Positions 19,451 to 48,579 of a stretch of 64,000 bases of DNA are shown here, piece by piece (position 1 is the stretch's first letter; the number at the start of each line of letters is the position of its first letter). The stretch is taken from NCBI GenBank assembly GCA_963693365.1, contig CAVNZM010000014.1, positions 3,720,001 to 3,784,000 of the forward strand, in the 5' to 3' direction. Below the pieces are notes generated by a model. It was not told the origin of the DNA and made no database searches. It was given only the letters and a program-made list of their open reading frames with translations. The DNA is from Amoebidium appalachense. Its lineage: Eukaryota > Protista > Ichthyosporea. The translations under genes were made by a program, and so were the position numbers.

Positions 19451-20047
19451 ATGTCGCCACGCGCATATAAGCTTTTTTCCGAACTGCTCCTGCTGGTTCT
19501 GTCTCTGCTGAACAACAGCAGGCCTGCATTCCAAGCATTTCTTGTGACCACGTGGGCGCAACTGTGCGGCGTGAGTGCCTGTGCCTGGGACGTTTCGTGC
19601 GGGGGGCGCCAAACCACACCACTGCCCGTTGTGGCGCCGACCACACCACTGCATGTTGTGGTGCCGGACACGGAAGTGGCCGTTGTGGTGCCGACCACAG
19701 AAGTGCCCCTCTTGGTGGCGGACACAGGAGTGCCCCTTGTGGTAGCGGACACAGAAGTGCCCCTTGTGGTGGCGGACACGACCATGTTCGCTGTGGTGCC
19801 GCGCAAGCGCCCACCGCGCCCCACGGTCGACAAGGCGCTCCAAGACGACATAGACAAGTTTGAAGCGCAGTATCCGGCCATGCTTGAAGCCGACCGCCTT
19901 CGCAGGGCTGCTGCGGCTGCTGCGGCAGAGCTGGCTGCGCAGAAGCAGAAGCAGAAAAAGTCGGGCCCTTTTGGCCGGCTGGCCGCCAAGGCAAAGGCTG
20001 GCCTGCGCCGCCGGCTAGCAGCGCTGGGCCACAGCAAAAGACCCTAG
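19451..20047 (+). CDS. Orphan intronless protein with 9-aa repeats (VVADTEVPL) and a basic, Ala-rich helical C-terminus
   Basis: 198-aa ATG-initiated ORF (AAAATG context) about 200 bp downstream of a TATA box. Hydrophobic N-terminus and an in-frame 27-bp repeat at about 19612-19800. No family recognised. Confidence 0.5.
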   Translation: MSPRAYKLFSELLLLVLSLLNNSRPAFQAFLVTTWAQLCGVSACAWDVSCGGRQTTPLPVVAPTTPLHVVVPDTEVAVVVPTTEVPLLVADTGVPLVVADTEVPLVVADTTMFAVVPRKRPPRPTVDKALQDDIDKFEAQYPAMLEADRLRRAAAAAAAELAAQKQKQKKSGPFGRLAAKAKAGLRRRLAALGHSKRP

Positions 20048-20349
20048 GCCCTGGCGGCAGGTGACAGTCGGTAACTGAGTGCAAAGCTTTCATCCACCGA
20101 CACCCACGGAGTGGTGGGGATGGTCGGGAGAAGCAAGCACTCGGAGAACTTTTGTTACCGGCAACAAGCCAACTTTGCAGCCACGGACTGGTGTTGAGGG
20201 TCGGGTGACGGGTGAGGGGGGCAGCACGGGACCTTCAGCCTTAAACCGCCCGTCGTGTTTGTGTGTGTGGCAGCCCAAAACACCTGGGAGGGTGTGGGCA
20301 GGCAGGGCTGCTGCCTATTGTGTGTCCTCAAGCTGTGTAGGGGCTTATG

Positions 20350-20655
20350 TGTAGGATAAAGTACCTGGAGTAGTATATAAAGTCGACATGGCAGGATAAA
20401 GTCGACAAATAATGTAGGAAAGTATATAAAGTCGACCTACCAGGATAAAGTCGACTAATAATGTAGGAAAGTATATAAAGTCGACCTACCAGGATAAAGT
20501 CGACTAATAATGTAGGAAAGTATATAAAGTCGACCTACTAGGATAAAGTCGACTAATAATGTAGGAAAGTATATAAAGTCGACCTACCCGGAAAAAGTCG
20601 ACTAATAATGTAGAAAGTATATAAAGTCGACATGGCAGGAAAAAGTCGACTAATA
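20350..20655. repeat. 49-bp minisatellite with two GTCGAC palindromes per unit
   Basis: Unit TAATAATGTAGGAAAGTATATAAAGTCGACCTACCAGGATAAAGTCGAC, about 6 copies, with near-identical central copies. Confidence 0.9.
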
Positions 20656-22132
20656 GTTCAGAAAGTGTATGCAGTGTAGAGTAAAAGTGTAGATAGTGTA
20701 GGGTAACAAAATGGATAGTGTAGAGTAACAATGTAGATATAAGTCTAGTGTGCACGTGTTGGCTAAATAAAAGCCAATATTTCTTCTGCGATCTTGCCCT
20801 GAGAGGCTGCCCATGCTGGTGTTTTGTTCACCGAAGGCCGTCCGAGAGGCCCAGTGAGCTTGAAAATTGGCATATCTACACGGGCGGGATAAACCAAAAT
20901 ATGGATATATGCCCTGACTGAGAACAGGGATAGTATATTGTACAATATACAAGTACGACCTTCTAATCCGTGGCCCAGCTGCTCGAGAAAACGTGGAGAA
21001 AACACGCACACATTCTCAGCCAACAGACATGCACACGCACGCCGTGGTGCAAGACACACAAGCACCCACATACCCAGTGAATCTACACCTCATACGCAAA
21101 CCGTTACGCACACACACATGCAAGCACACACACAACACACCCACACACAAACACACACACACACGCACAACAGACAAGAATACACACTCACGTGCACATG
21201 CATTTTACAATAGACACATGCAAACACACGCACACAAACGAACACACTCACACACGTGCACGCTCGCGCGGGCTCGCGCGCGCACACACACACATACACA
21301 CCTGCAAGCTAGCAAGCACACACGAGCACGCATGCTGGACCGTGACGCTGTGTGAAACAAGCAAAACACACGCCGTCCCCGCGAGGCGCATGCGCCCACA
21401 CAAACACGCACACACACACTCACATGTACACACACACACACGACTCACACACACACACACACATACACACATCCCTCTTTCAACTTTCTTTATTTCTGTT
21501 CTCTCTGCCCTGTGTTTTTCTCGCTTTTTCTCCCTCTCCCTCCCTGCCCCCCTCTCTCTGCCCCTTTTGTGTCTCTTTACCCCCCACCCCCTCCCCCCCC
21601 CTTCCCCCACCCCCTCCCTCCCTCCCTTCCTTCCTCCCTCCCTCCCTTCCCCCCTCCCCCCTTCTTACCCCCCTTTCCCCCCAAACAGGGCAGAGAGAGC
21701 AGGAATAAAGAAAGATAGTGAAGAACGATAACTCCGGAGGCGGAAAGGGGGGAAGGGGATATGGGGGGGGGGGGGGGGGGGGGGGGGGTAAGTGAAAATG
21801 GATCCGGGCAAATTTAGTTGTATCCAGATAGCCACATTTTATCCAGCAATGTGGCTCACGGTAAGGCCTATAGATTCATTCTTTCTGGGCAATGTACATT
21901 CGAGTCTACTCGGAGTTCAATGTGTTCGTTGCTGGTGCACGTGGTTGTGGGGAGATGGAAAGACGGTGTGATTTTGAACCGCAAAGAGACTGTTGGTGTA
22001 ACCAAGGATTGCTGGTGGGAGCATTTGTGCTCTTTTTGGCTTTTTTATATCAAAGTCTTTATTTGTGGATATATCCCAGTGCAAAGAAGCTTTGGAAGGT
22101 GTGTGTCAAGTTGTGTTGGGGATGATGCATAT

Positions 22133-22166
<34 letters not shown>

Positions 22167-22692
22167 AGAAGGGTGGGTGGGGGGTGGGGGGGGGGGGGCA
22201 GGGTTCGTCACAGGGTAATAATTATGGATGTTTCATCTTGTCATTTCGAAAGGCCTTTTTAGGGTTTTATGTAAGGGGATGCTTTGGGTAATAGTTATGG
22301 ATATGTCATCTTGTCATCATTCCGTCCCCTCCCCCCTCCCTCCGTCAACACACACACCCCAACCCTCCCCTCTCCATGTCTCCCCCGCCCCATCCCCCCC
22401 CTCCCCCCTCCCCAGGGGTCACGTACCCGTGCAATTTAAGAATATGATAGCAGCCATGCCAAAACTTTAAGAATATGCACCGCGACTATGTTTTTCGGGG
22501 GGTTCTTAATGGCGGACAGCATCTGTAAACACCATTTCACGTTCCGTTTTTGCCCTATGTATTCCAGCAACCAAATTTGTTAAAGGCAAGTGCAACACAA
22601 CTTTTAGTTGGCATAACAAGAGATATCAACACCCGCCCTCTCATTCACAGCATGTGGCACCATTCATTCATGATCATACCATACCTAATTGC

Positions 22693-22723
<31 letters not shown>

Positions 22724-22859
22724 AGCATCCACTATGTCACATTCGGCCCTCCAGCTCCGCCTCGGTCACATCCTCCTCATTGTTAATATTCTCCGCCTAA
22801 ATAAGGCAATGGATGATTTAGTGGCGGTACCACAGCATGCTGCATGCATGCCAGAATAG

Positions 22860-22992
22860 AATAAAATTTGACAGAGTAGATATTCAGCTATATGGTTGTT
22901 GGAGTGGAAATTTGGGAGAAACTATATTTGCAGAGATGATATTCAGCTTTATAGTTGGCAGAGTGGATATCTGGCAGAGTACATATTCAGCT
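22860..22992. repeat. Short degenerate tandem repeat (GCAGAGTxGATATTCAGCT)
   Basis: AGAG...ATATTCAGCT recurs three times, with partial units in between. Confidence 0.55.
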
Positions 22993-23119
22993 CAGTGACT
23001 GTCATCTACCCATGATTAACGGCAAGACTTAGAAGTTGAGTTTTTACACATGTTTATTAGTTTGTGTGTGTGGGTGTGCATGCCATGTGTGAACGTGCAA
23101 GTGTGTGCGGGTGACTCGG

Positions 23120-23181
<62 letters not shown>

Positions 23182-23184
<3 letters not shown>

Positions 23185-23329
23185 ATAGTGTCAAACTGTG
23201 TGAGGATGTGTGCGCGCTTGCACCTGCATGAGTGCTTGTGTGTATGTTAGTACCGTAGTGAGAATGTGTGATGCGCGGATGCAGTGTGCACACCCGTGTG
23301 TGTGTGTCTGTGTGTGTGTGTGTGTGTGT

Positions 23330-23379
<50 letters not shown>

Positions 23380-23496
23380 ATAGTGTCAAACTGTGGGAGG
23401 ATGTGTGCGCGCTTGCACCTGCATGAGTGCTTGTGTGTATGTTAGTACTAGTGAGAACGTGTGATGCGCGGATGCAGTGTGCACACCCGTGTGTGT

Positions 23497-23505
<9 letters not shown>
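23182..23505. repeat. ~195-bp tandem duplication bounded by (GT)n
   Basis: GTCATAGTGTCAAACTGTG...GATGCAGTGTGCACACCCG occurs at about 23182-23300 and 23377-23490. Confidence 0.85.
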
Positions 23506-23573
<68 letters not shown>

Positions 23574-23980
23574 GTGCTGCATGAGTCCTGTTTGCCCTGG
23601 CATCCTTGCAGACAGAAGCCCATAACCCACGGTGTGTTTGTGTGCACGTATACATGCACACACACAGCAGGCATCATGGGTCTTGCTTGTTACGGCGTTC
23701 TTGCATCGTATTCTGTATGCAACAATCGCATAAATACAAAGCCATGTATGTCACGGTGGACTCCGAGCCCCGAGAAGAAATTTTGCCTTGACAATGTTTA
23801 CATAGTACCCTTTATTTCTACCATGATGTTCTTCAAAAAAGCAATTCTTTGGGAGGGACCAGCCCGACAAGAGACATATAAATATACAGGCCAGGGGTAT
23901 AGTAGATAAGAGTGAGCCAGCTATGATTGCTCAATGTTTATCACAATGAAGACGTAATTCACCTATATTCGTATTTCAGT

Positions 23981-24757
23981 TTACACCGCGGGGGGCGGCA
24001 CATTAAAGAACCTCTGCAGTCTTCCCTTTTTTTCCTGCACCGAACCCCCACCAGGCAGACCATAGTAACCCAGCAGCTCGTTACAGCTACCACCACTGAG
24101 ACCAGTAAGCTCACGATGCGTTCTTGGGAAGTTGTTCGGCAACTGCTCCCCTTGATCGTTGTACAGTGGGTGGATATTGTCTTCGTCGCGAGTTGCAAGA
24201 GCATTTCTGGTCCTTGGATCCACGTTATCGAACCTTCTTGCAAATTCCCTCTGAAAATCCTGCTGCCACTGTTGCACCTGCTGAAGTTGCAGCAGAAGCT
24301 GCTGGTGCTGCCACTGAAACTGATGGTGCTGCCACTGCAGTCACTGCTGCCACCGACCATCCTCCTGCTGCTGCCGTTGCTGCCATTGATCCTGCTGCTG
24401 CTGCTGCCATTGATCCTGCTGCTCCTGCTGCCATTGCTGCCATTGATCCTGCTGCTGCTGCTGCCACTGTCGCTGTTGCTGGAGGATAGGTGCATGCAGA
24501 TCTGCATGAGGTCCAAGCAATACGCCATCGGCTGCAAGCAGGTTCTCCCGCACCAGGGCATGATGGTCCGCCTCCACATGTGCTGCGTCACTTTCCGACA
24601 CGAGGGTCGGTTGATGGACACCGAGAAAGTCCACGGTTTTCAGAAAGCGTCTTGAGTCAGCCAAGTTGTGATAGCTTGGGGGGTGTTGGAATGGCTGTGG
24701 GCTTTGAATGTTGTTGGGTAGGTTGGCGGGGCGGAATGCTTGATTAGCAGCAGCCAT
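23981..24757 (-). pseudogene. Mug135-C-like (DUF1773-type) coiled-coil protein with one in-frame TGA
   Basis: ORFs 24341-24865 and 23981-24277 are in the same frame, separated by a TGA at 24341-24343 within a WQQ repeat. The C-terminus RTRNA...IHPL...G...PNNFPRT...L..L......LLGYYGL...G...EKKGRLQRF matches the Mug135 C-terminal pattern as I recall it. Confidence 0.6.
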
Positions 24758-26247
24758 GTTTACGAGAAACCCTGCAACAGGAACAACATTCTTGTTACTT
24801 AACAGGAATGCTAACCTGTGTGAAGCAATTTTGTGGGATAAGGGCTTATTTGGTAGGCCACTCAAGAAAGAGCTGTGACAACCACGTGAATGACTAGGTT
24901 GGACACATCTACTGCTTCACAGTAAAAGCCAAACACAGGCCCATCAAAGGGGCAACCTCCACTTCTGCATTTCGCATGAAGACACTACAAGAACCAACAC
25001 ACACGCTACACACACACACAACATGCATGCATAAACAACACAACCGTACTCCCGTGCACTGTACTCCCGTGCCCCACCCTTAGCCACGCACACACACAGA
25101 CTAGGTGTCAGTAGACTTGCACGTCGTCAGTTCACAGGCGACGACGACTACACACAAACAAGAACTGGCAAAAACAGCTACAAAGCAGGTGAAAGTGCAA
25201 TATTTAACACTGTCATCGCCACTGAGTTGAGAATGAACAAGAAAGAATGGCAAATAACATTCCCCATCGTGATCAATTGCCACTGAGCTGAGAAAGAAAA
25301 ACGAAACAATGCAAAGTGAAAAAAGGTTCCATCATCTTTGCGCCTGGTTAAAGTACCCGTGCAGGAGAACCAGAAAATGCAAAATGTATTGTGTATACAA
25401 TTGTTGTGCACAAACGCATTTCAAGCATTTTTCCCCGCTTGGAGCCAGTGCGGATGATTTGTCAACTTCAGGATCTGTTTCCATCAAAAAGACACTTGAA
25501 CTCACCTACGAGCACGGGCAGAAGAGAGGTGTGCTGGCTTTCAGTAGTCAACAAATCTAGCGGCTTTCGCACTGAGAGTGCAGGTGCTGGAGCTGACACG
25601 TAGACCTGTCGCCAATAAACGCATGAAAATGGAAGCAAAACTTGAAGCACAAAGAAGCTCTTAACTAAAACATAGCCTCCATAAAAAGAGTGTGAAAGCA
25701 AAGGGAAGGATCCGGAAGCTTGAACCAATCGTACGCGCATACGTGCAAAAACTTTCGTTTTTGCCCGAGGGTAACGCTGGCACGTACTGACGGTGCCTAG
25801 GCTGCTATGAACTTGCCTTGCCACTCGCGACCGCGTGCATTCTTTCTCTCGCGGCGGCTCTACGGTCCCGAGAGTCCAGTGTTCGCTGTGTGTGTAAGGA
25901 AAAATACGAGTCACCTCAGTAGGTGACAGAGGGTAACGGTTGCAATGTGTACCAATCAGATTTGTTGGCGCCAAACCGCTCCTACCCTCTGTCAGAGTAG
26001 GAGAGGCCTTGAAATTGTGCCGGGATGGTCTGCAGGCTGTACGTTCGAAGGGTCGGGATGTCGGAACTTCCATTGCTACGGTAATATTAGAGCCGTGCAC
26101 GTGCCGCCGACTCGGTACAAAAGCAACTACATAATATACATGCGGTCTTCTCACAGTCAGCGAGCAGGTACCGGTGTGTGTGTGGCGCGTGTGTGGGTGT
26201 GGGTGTATGTGTGTGTGGGTATACGTCACGGTATGTGTGTGTGTTGT

Positions 26248-26283
<36 letters not shown>

Positions 26284-26524
26284 CTGTGTGTTTCTGTGTA
26301 TGTAAGCTGTGTATGTGTGTGTGTAGTGTGCGCGCGCGCGCGCGCGTGTGTATCAAGATCTATAGGAGAAACGTGGGTATATGTTGCAATTGGATGATAT
26401 TCCACCTAACCCCCCCCCCCCTCCCCCCTGCCCCCCCCCCCCCCCCCCCCCCCGGGGATAAATTCCAATAAAAAAACAAACAAAAAAAACGTAATAAACC
26501 CCGCATCTGTAGCTATATTTATCC

Positions 26525-26558
<34 letters not shown>

Positions 26559-26953
26559 TACAGTTTCTCCTCCCCTCCACCTTCTTGGAAAAGATCAGAT
26601 ATGCTGAACTGATAACGCCGTATACCACGCAGCCCCTCGTAACTCGGGCCACCAACACCCACTGCAAACTTAATTGGGCTGAGACTTCTTGTGTTGCACC
26701 CTCCCTACCATCCCTTGAAGGTTTTCATGTCATTCTACGTACACTGCACCGAAGTTTATTCGTTCATCAGTTCTCGACACAATGCTGCCATCTACTAGCA
26801 CTCCTTTACCCCCCCTCCCCCCCCCCCCCCCCCCAAAAAAAAAAAAAAAAATGGCCACCATCACTCTTCATATATACCCCCCCGCCCCCACAACCACCAC
26901 CACCACCCTTATCACGACCAGCTGCCACCATCACCATGAACTCTCCCTCCTTC

Positions 26954-27012
<59 letters not shown>

Positions 27013-27523
27013 ACCCCCACCCCCCCACCCCCTCCCCCTCCTCTTCTGGGCCCCAACTCCATTCTGTATGTTTGGGTTCCCCGAGGTCCCTTTCCCCCTG
27101 CATACTGTCCATATCTTGAGCTTTTTCCTAATTCAGTGTGTAACTGAAAGTTTGGTATGCTGTGTACTTTGTAACGTATCCCCCCCCGTCCCCCGTTACA
27201 AATGTTACAATGAAATCAGTTTTTACTGTGTACTTTGTAACACATCCCCCCGGTCCCCTCCGCGTGTTACAACTGATTCAATGAAATGCACACACAAAGG
27301 ACCAAACATGGCAATATAAACATGGGTTCCAAATAGATCTTTGTACACTCCTTTATGTTTACGTGCCCCGCAGCAGATCCACCGGTACATACCGTGCAAC
27401 GAATTGCAGAAGGCTAGATAAGTAGTGGTATGTGCTTAGATAGGGGTACCGATGTGCACACTCTCAGAGACTCGGGTGCACGTGCAACACATGGACACCG
27501 GGTTGATACTAGTGATTTTGGCG

Positions 27524-27562
<39 letters not shown>

Positions 27563-28074
27563 TGAGAAACAACACACACTCACACACGCACGCGCGCGCA
27601 CACACGCGCACACACACGTCGGCCGTGGTATACCGTAGAACCAGCACAGGCACAAAAATAACGATGCAACGCACATATGAAACCACACTTGACACTCATC
27701 GGCAATTTTTTTGTGAAGATATTCATGTATCGGCTATCTTAGTTACATGCGCAATTTATGCCGGCCGTGCACAGCTTTAAAAACATTAACATCCATACCA
27801 AAGGGATTATATGGGGAAACAAACGAGGAACGCTTGAGGCCTAAAAACAACAAATCCATAGAAGACGGATCCCCCGGGGTCTCCTTATGGGAAAACCGGA
27901 ATAAAAGAATGGAAGCACAATATCTTCGGGCTGTGACATGCCGTCCACTTTCAACCCACACAACCCGGGGCTCCCTCAAGAGACAAAAACGGGTTTAACT
28001 TTAACAAGTAACTAAACAGGACCATTACGTTTCAGGCAGTCGACCTCTTTTTGAGGACCCCCCCTCTCATGTGC

Positions 28075-44668
<16,594 letters not shown>

Positions 44669-45228
44669 CTGCATGAAAGAATCACATAATTAACGCACCA
44701 CAACACACATGCGTCCGCACGCGCGTGGATACACACATGGGTGCATACACACGATCCCCGGCACACACGCACACAAGCGCAAGTAACATAAGACATGTGT
44801 GCAGATACACACACACACGTGCACCCTGCCCTTTCAACCCCCCCACCCCCCCCCCCCTCCCCCCGCGGACATGCAAGTGAACACAAGCCATCAACACAGA
44901 CAGGCACAAAGAGGGTCATTGAAGGCACCAAAACCCTGCAACTTTCCTCTCTGCCATTCTTCATGTAACAGGAGGCACGGCAAAAGTGATACAACATTCA
45001 CAGGGGGCATCAGGGGGAACAGGTATGGGGAGGGTTGGAATTTTTGTATCCCTGTCTGCCTGCGCCAAATCGTGTTCATCTGCATGTTATGCGTGTGTGT
45101 GCGTCTTTGCACACGTCCAATCCTCGTGTGCCATGCCAGGAGGGGGCCCCGGAGGGAGGGGGAGGGGAGGGCGGAAGGGGGGAGGGGAGAGAAGGGCGGA
45201 GAAGGGGGGGGGCGTCGGTGGGGGAGGT

Positions 45229-45263
<35 letters not shown>

Positions 45264-45559
45264 GACAGCCATGTGCCCATTGAGTCAAGTGATCAATGCC
45301 CTAGAACAGGGAGTGGAAGTTAGGTTGGAGATGTGGTGGGGGGTAGAAGAGGGGAGGGAGGCCCGAGAAAACAGGAATGGGAGGCGGGGAGCGTTGCCAT
45401 GTTCTCGTGGTCTCCTCGAATTGAAACTTTGTTTAAGTAACTAACAGCGTATAAGCGTGACTGTAGTTTACTTTGCACACACAGCCGAGCCTCTCCACAA
45501 GCATACAGCAACAGTTTGTAGTTCAAGGGTAGACAGTCAGGAAGCCTCGCAGCCAGCTG

Positions 45560-45915
45560 CTTACCTTCAAAGAATACTTCGTTTCCCTGCTACTCACTGG
45601 CACTGGCAATAATGGGCGCTCACAACAAGTACTGATGTGAGGTTTGTACGTGTATACAGGCGTATTTTGTATGTGGGCAAAGATCTTTGATGTTCAGTTT
45701 TGATCAACGGCGTGCATTGCCAAGGGAAACACTCCGGAACATCGACAGAAGCAGTGCAAAAAGTATTTTGCTTTTCATCAAAAAAGCCAATAGGAGGCTT
45801 TGTGGGGTTTGCTATCTGCATACCAACCGCTACATCTGTACATCCAAGCGTTTCTATTGGATCAATGGAGGAAAAGCTTTAGTGACGTCAAGATCCGTAT
45901 TGTTGATTGGTTAGA
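45560..45915. promoter_or_regulatory. Putative TTLL12 5' UTR exon and divergent promoter
   Basis: Minus-strand AAG|GTAAGC donor at about 45564 could pair with CAG|ATG at 44669. CCAAT/ATTGG at about 45787, 45856 and 45906; TGACGTCA at about 45883. The region lies between divergent genes. Confidence 0.4.
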
Positions 45916-46740
45916 ATTTGAACTAAACCTTTTATGGTTACTGTTCGACGTTTATAATTCGTCATAGCTCAAACCTTTTTTAAACTCCAATAAACCCCTT
46001 TACATTCAACTTTAGACAGCCTATTATGATTCACTTCAGTATGTAGAAAACCAAAAACAATGTTCCAACCTACAGAAAGCAATTGATACAGCAACTATTT
46101 TTAACAGCTTTAATATGCACATCAAAGTAAACTATTGAAAAACATTGCACATCTACTCTACCTTGAATGTGTTACTGCTAAAGTTTAAACAAGTAATTTT
46201 TTTCTACTTAAAGCAATTTGAGGAAATCGAGCATTGGACACCCATTTTTCTTTCCTCTGTTTTGTTCTGTTGTAGTATAGGGTGACTGCTCCCACCTCTA
46301 CAAAACCGAAAAGCGGCGTGTCTGTTGTCTGTGTGTTTACTCCGTTTTCTTTGTCTTCCCCGGTTCTTGTTTCAAACGAGCATCATCGATTACAAGGAAC
46401 TGCCCATAGCAAGGGGAAAGCTTTTTTACCACAGTTTTTTTTACCCTTTGAATTATGCGTCGGCAGGCTGATAGTTTCTTTCCTCCTCTCACGAGCCTTC
46501 ATACGTAACAACATCAAATCTACCGTTAGACTAAACCGGAAACACGGGTTTGGGTAACTTCTTGCTCTTGCATATCCTATACACTCAAACCGCTTGCTAT
46601 ACAAAGTTTTTTAACGCAGCAACTCAGTTTGGACATTACTTTAAACTAAAGAATAATTTTTTCTCCGCCTTTTTTTTTTTCGTGCTTCGCCACCACCCCC
46701 TTCCTCTATACCGGCCCCTTTTTTTTTCCATCTTTCAAAC

Positions 46741-47265
46741 ATGATAACCACCACTCCCTCGGGGACTTTAGTGGCTGCACAACCGCCGTCCTCCCTTCGC
46801 ACCCGCAATGTCAATCAGTCAGCGATATGCTCCATCCCCTCCCTTAGTCTCCGGTCTCCTTCCAACGCTGGTTCCCTTGAAACAGAAAGAAACGTTGCCG
46901 TCAAAATCATCCCCCCAACACCAGATGGTTTTGGCGCCCAGCTGAATGATTGTGTAGACAGATTTACCAGAAGACCAGTGCGTGTGAAAGAGACCGTGAT
47001 AGTCGAGGCAACTGTGGTGAACAGGCAATTACTAAATTCTCGAAGCCACGAGTCACCAAAGGATGAGAAGAACCAAAGGAAGGAAGAGATCAAGAGGAGA
47101 GGAGGCAGGGAGAGCCCGGTAGGTAGCCCCACAAGAAACATGGCGGTGATACCCGAGTCACGAGAATCTTTGGGTGAGGTGGAGGAGGAGGAGGATGTTT
47201 TTGAGGATGCGTGGGATGACTGTAAATGGGAGGCGTTCTATGCGGCCTTGTTTGGAGCTGCATAA
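46741..47265 (+). CDS. Orphan intronless, probably disordered protein with an acidic C-terminal FFAT-like motif
   Basis: 174-aa ORF in non-repetitive DNA with CAAACATG start context. Ser/Pro-rich, ending EEEEDVFEDAWDDCKWEAFYAALFGAA. No family recognised. Confidence 0.55.
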   Translation: MITTTPSGTLVAAQPPSSLRTRNVNQSAICSIPSLSLRSPSNAGSLETERNVAVKIIPPTPDGFGAQLNDCVDRFTRRPVRVKETVIVEATVVNRQLLNSRSHESPKDEKNQRKEEIKRRGGRESPVGSPTRNMAVIPESRESLGEVEEEEDVFEDAWDDCKWEAFYAALFGAA

Positions 47266-47459
47266 TTCTACTTTAAGCGACATGTTTGATATCATAGACG
47301 TGGTCGTGGTAGGTCAGGGTCATGAAAGTTTCGTTTTATGTTTGCAGCATGGTTGAAGAGAAAAAGGCTGTTGAAAATGATCGTAGGGTTGCGAGGGGTA
47401 AATTTTGATATGTGGGCTTTGTAGCAACCTGGTGTGTACAGGTTTTTTCGAGTGGTAGT

Positions 47460-47501
<42 letters not shown>

Positions 47502-48579
47502 AATCCTGAGTTGCAAAAGAGAGGCATTCTGGGTTCTGCTTGTTGTAGAAAGACGGAAGATCTTGCAAGATTTTCGCGAGGAAAAGGGAGACCGTGGTTC
47601 GCCGACTGTTGGTCATAACGGGGAGCGCTTTGGAACGGCTCCACCTGCCTTTGGGTACTAAAATTATCCTGTAGTTTTTCGAATGTGGATTTCCTCGAGT
47701 GAAGCGCGCTGAAATATCGATTTTGGCATTGCATTTCTTGCGTGCTGGTTATGATGATAGCTTTAAAGATAGGGCAAGTCTAGATACTTGTCAGCAGGAC
47801 TAAATAAGAACGGCCTGTTTGCTGGTCAGACGGCCTCAGCGCAAAAAAACTGCCAAACAAGCGAAAACATGAGAGAATAAAGCACATAATTTAACTTGAG
47901 ATTCACGTAGCCTTTCACGTGGATGTGTAGTTAGTTTAACCGGATATGCATCTCCTGCCGCTAATCTTAAGTAGCGCCTACCTGTAAAGGTGACGCAAGA
48001 ACATGGGACTACTTGGGGCATGCCTTGTGTGGAATGATGCTGGGAAGGTTCATTGTAAGAGAGGGTCCATCAGCAAGGGTCGATGTTGTGCCAGACATCG
48101 GCTTTGGGAAACAAACTAGAGTGGGGTCAAGACCTCCGAAGAGGAAATGAAATGAAAAAGAGATCTTTTCCCTCTGGATACTTGTGCACGAATCTTTCGA
48201 TCTAAGATTGCTTTAACCTGCGCTGGATCTTCAAATGGCATTTGGAAATGTGACCTTCGGATCTTTTGATTTATGTTTTGTGCACTCTAGAGGGAAACAA
48301 ACCTGTCTGTGCATTCAAGTTTCAAGCAAGCGAGTGGACTTTCTACTATCTATCCTGTGTTTTTCTTTCCTACACCCTCTGTGGAAAGGGAGCAGTTTGG
48401 CACAAGACTCTATTACCATATGGAGATATTACTGGGACATTTCTGGCATATTCTGCAGATATTTTGTCTATTTTCTTCAAGTATGCTAACTAGTTAAACC
48501 CTTCTGCGTTTGGAATTATTGCCAGGCAAGTCTTGCTGGTGTTCGGAACTACATAGTAATGCGACACATGTTACAGACA

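Noticed and set aside
19239-20093. Three long minus-strand ORFs overlapping the orphan gene
   Set aside because: GC-rich repeat shadows. The plus frame has the ATG context and an upstream TATA, although the strand is not proven.
20350-20655. CRISPR-like appearance of the regular GTCGAC repeats
   Set aside because: The intervening sequences are constant rather than unique spacers, there are no cas genes, and the context is eukaryotic.
24341-24343. TGA as selenocysteine or evidence of a variant genetic code
   Set aside because: It lies in a low-complexity Gln repeat, ORC3 and the receptor use TGA as a normal stop, and no SECIS was recognised.
23927-24655. Leu-rich 242-aa plus-strand ORF
   Set aside because: Antisense shadow of the CAG-rich Mug135-like frame.
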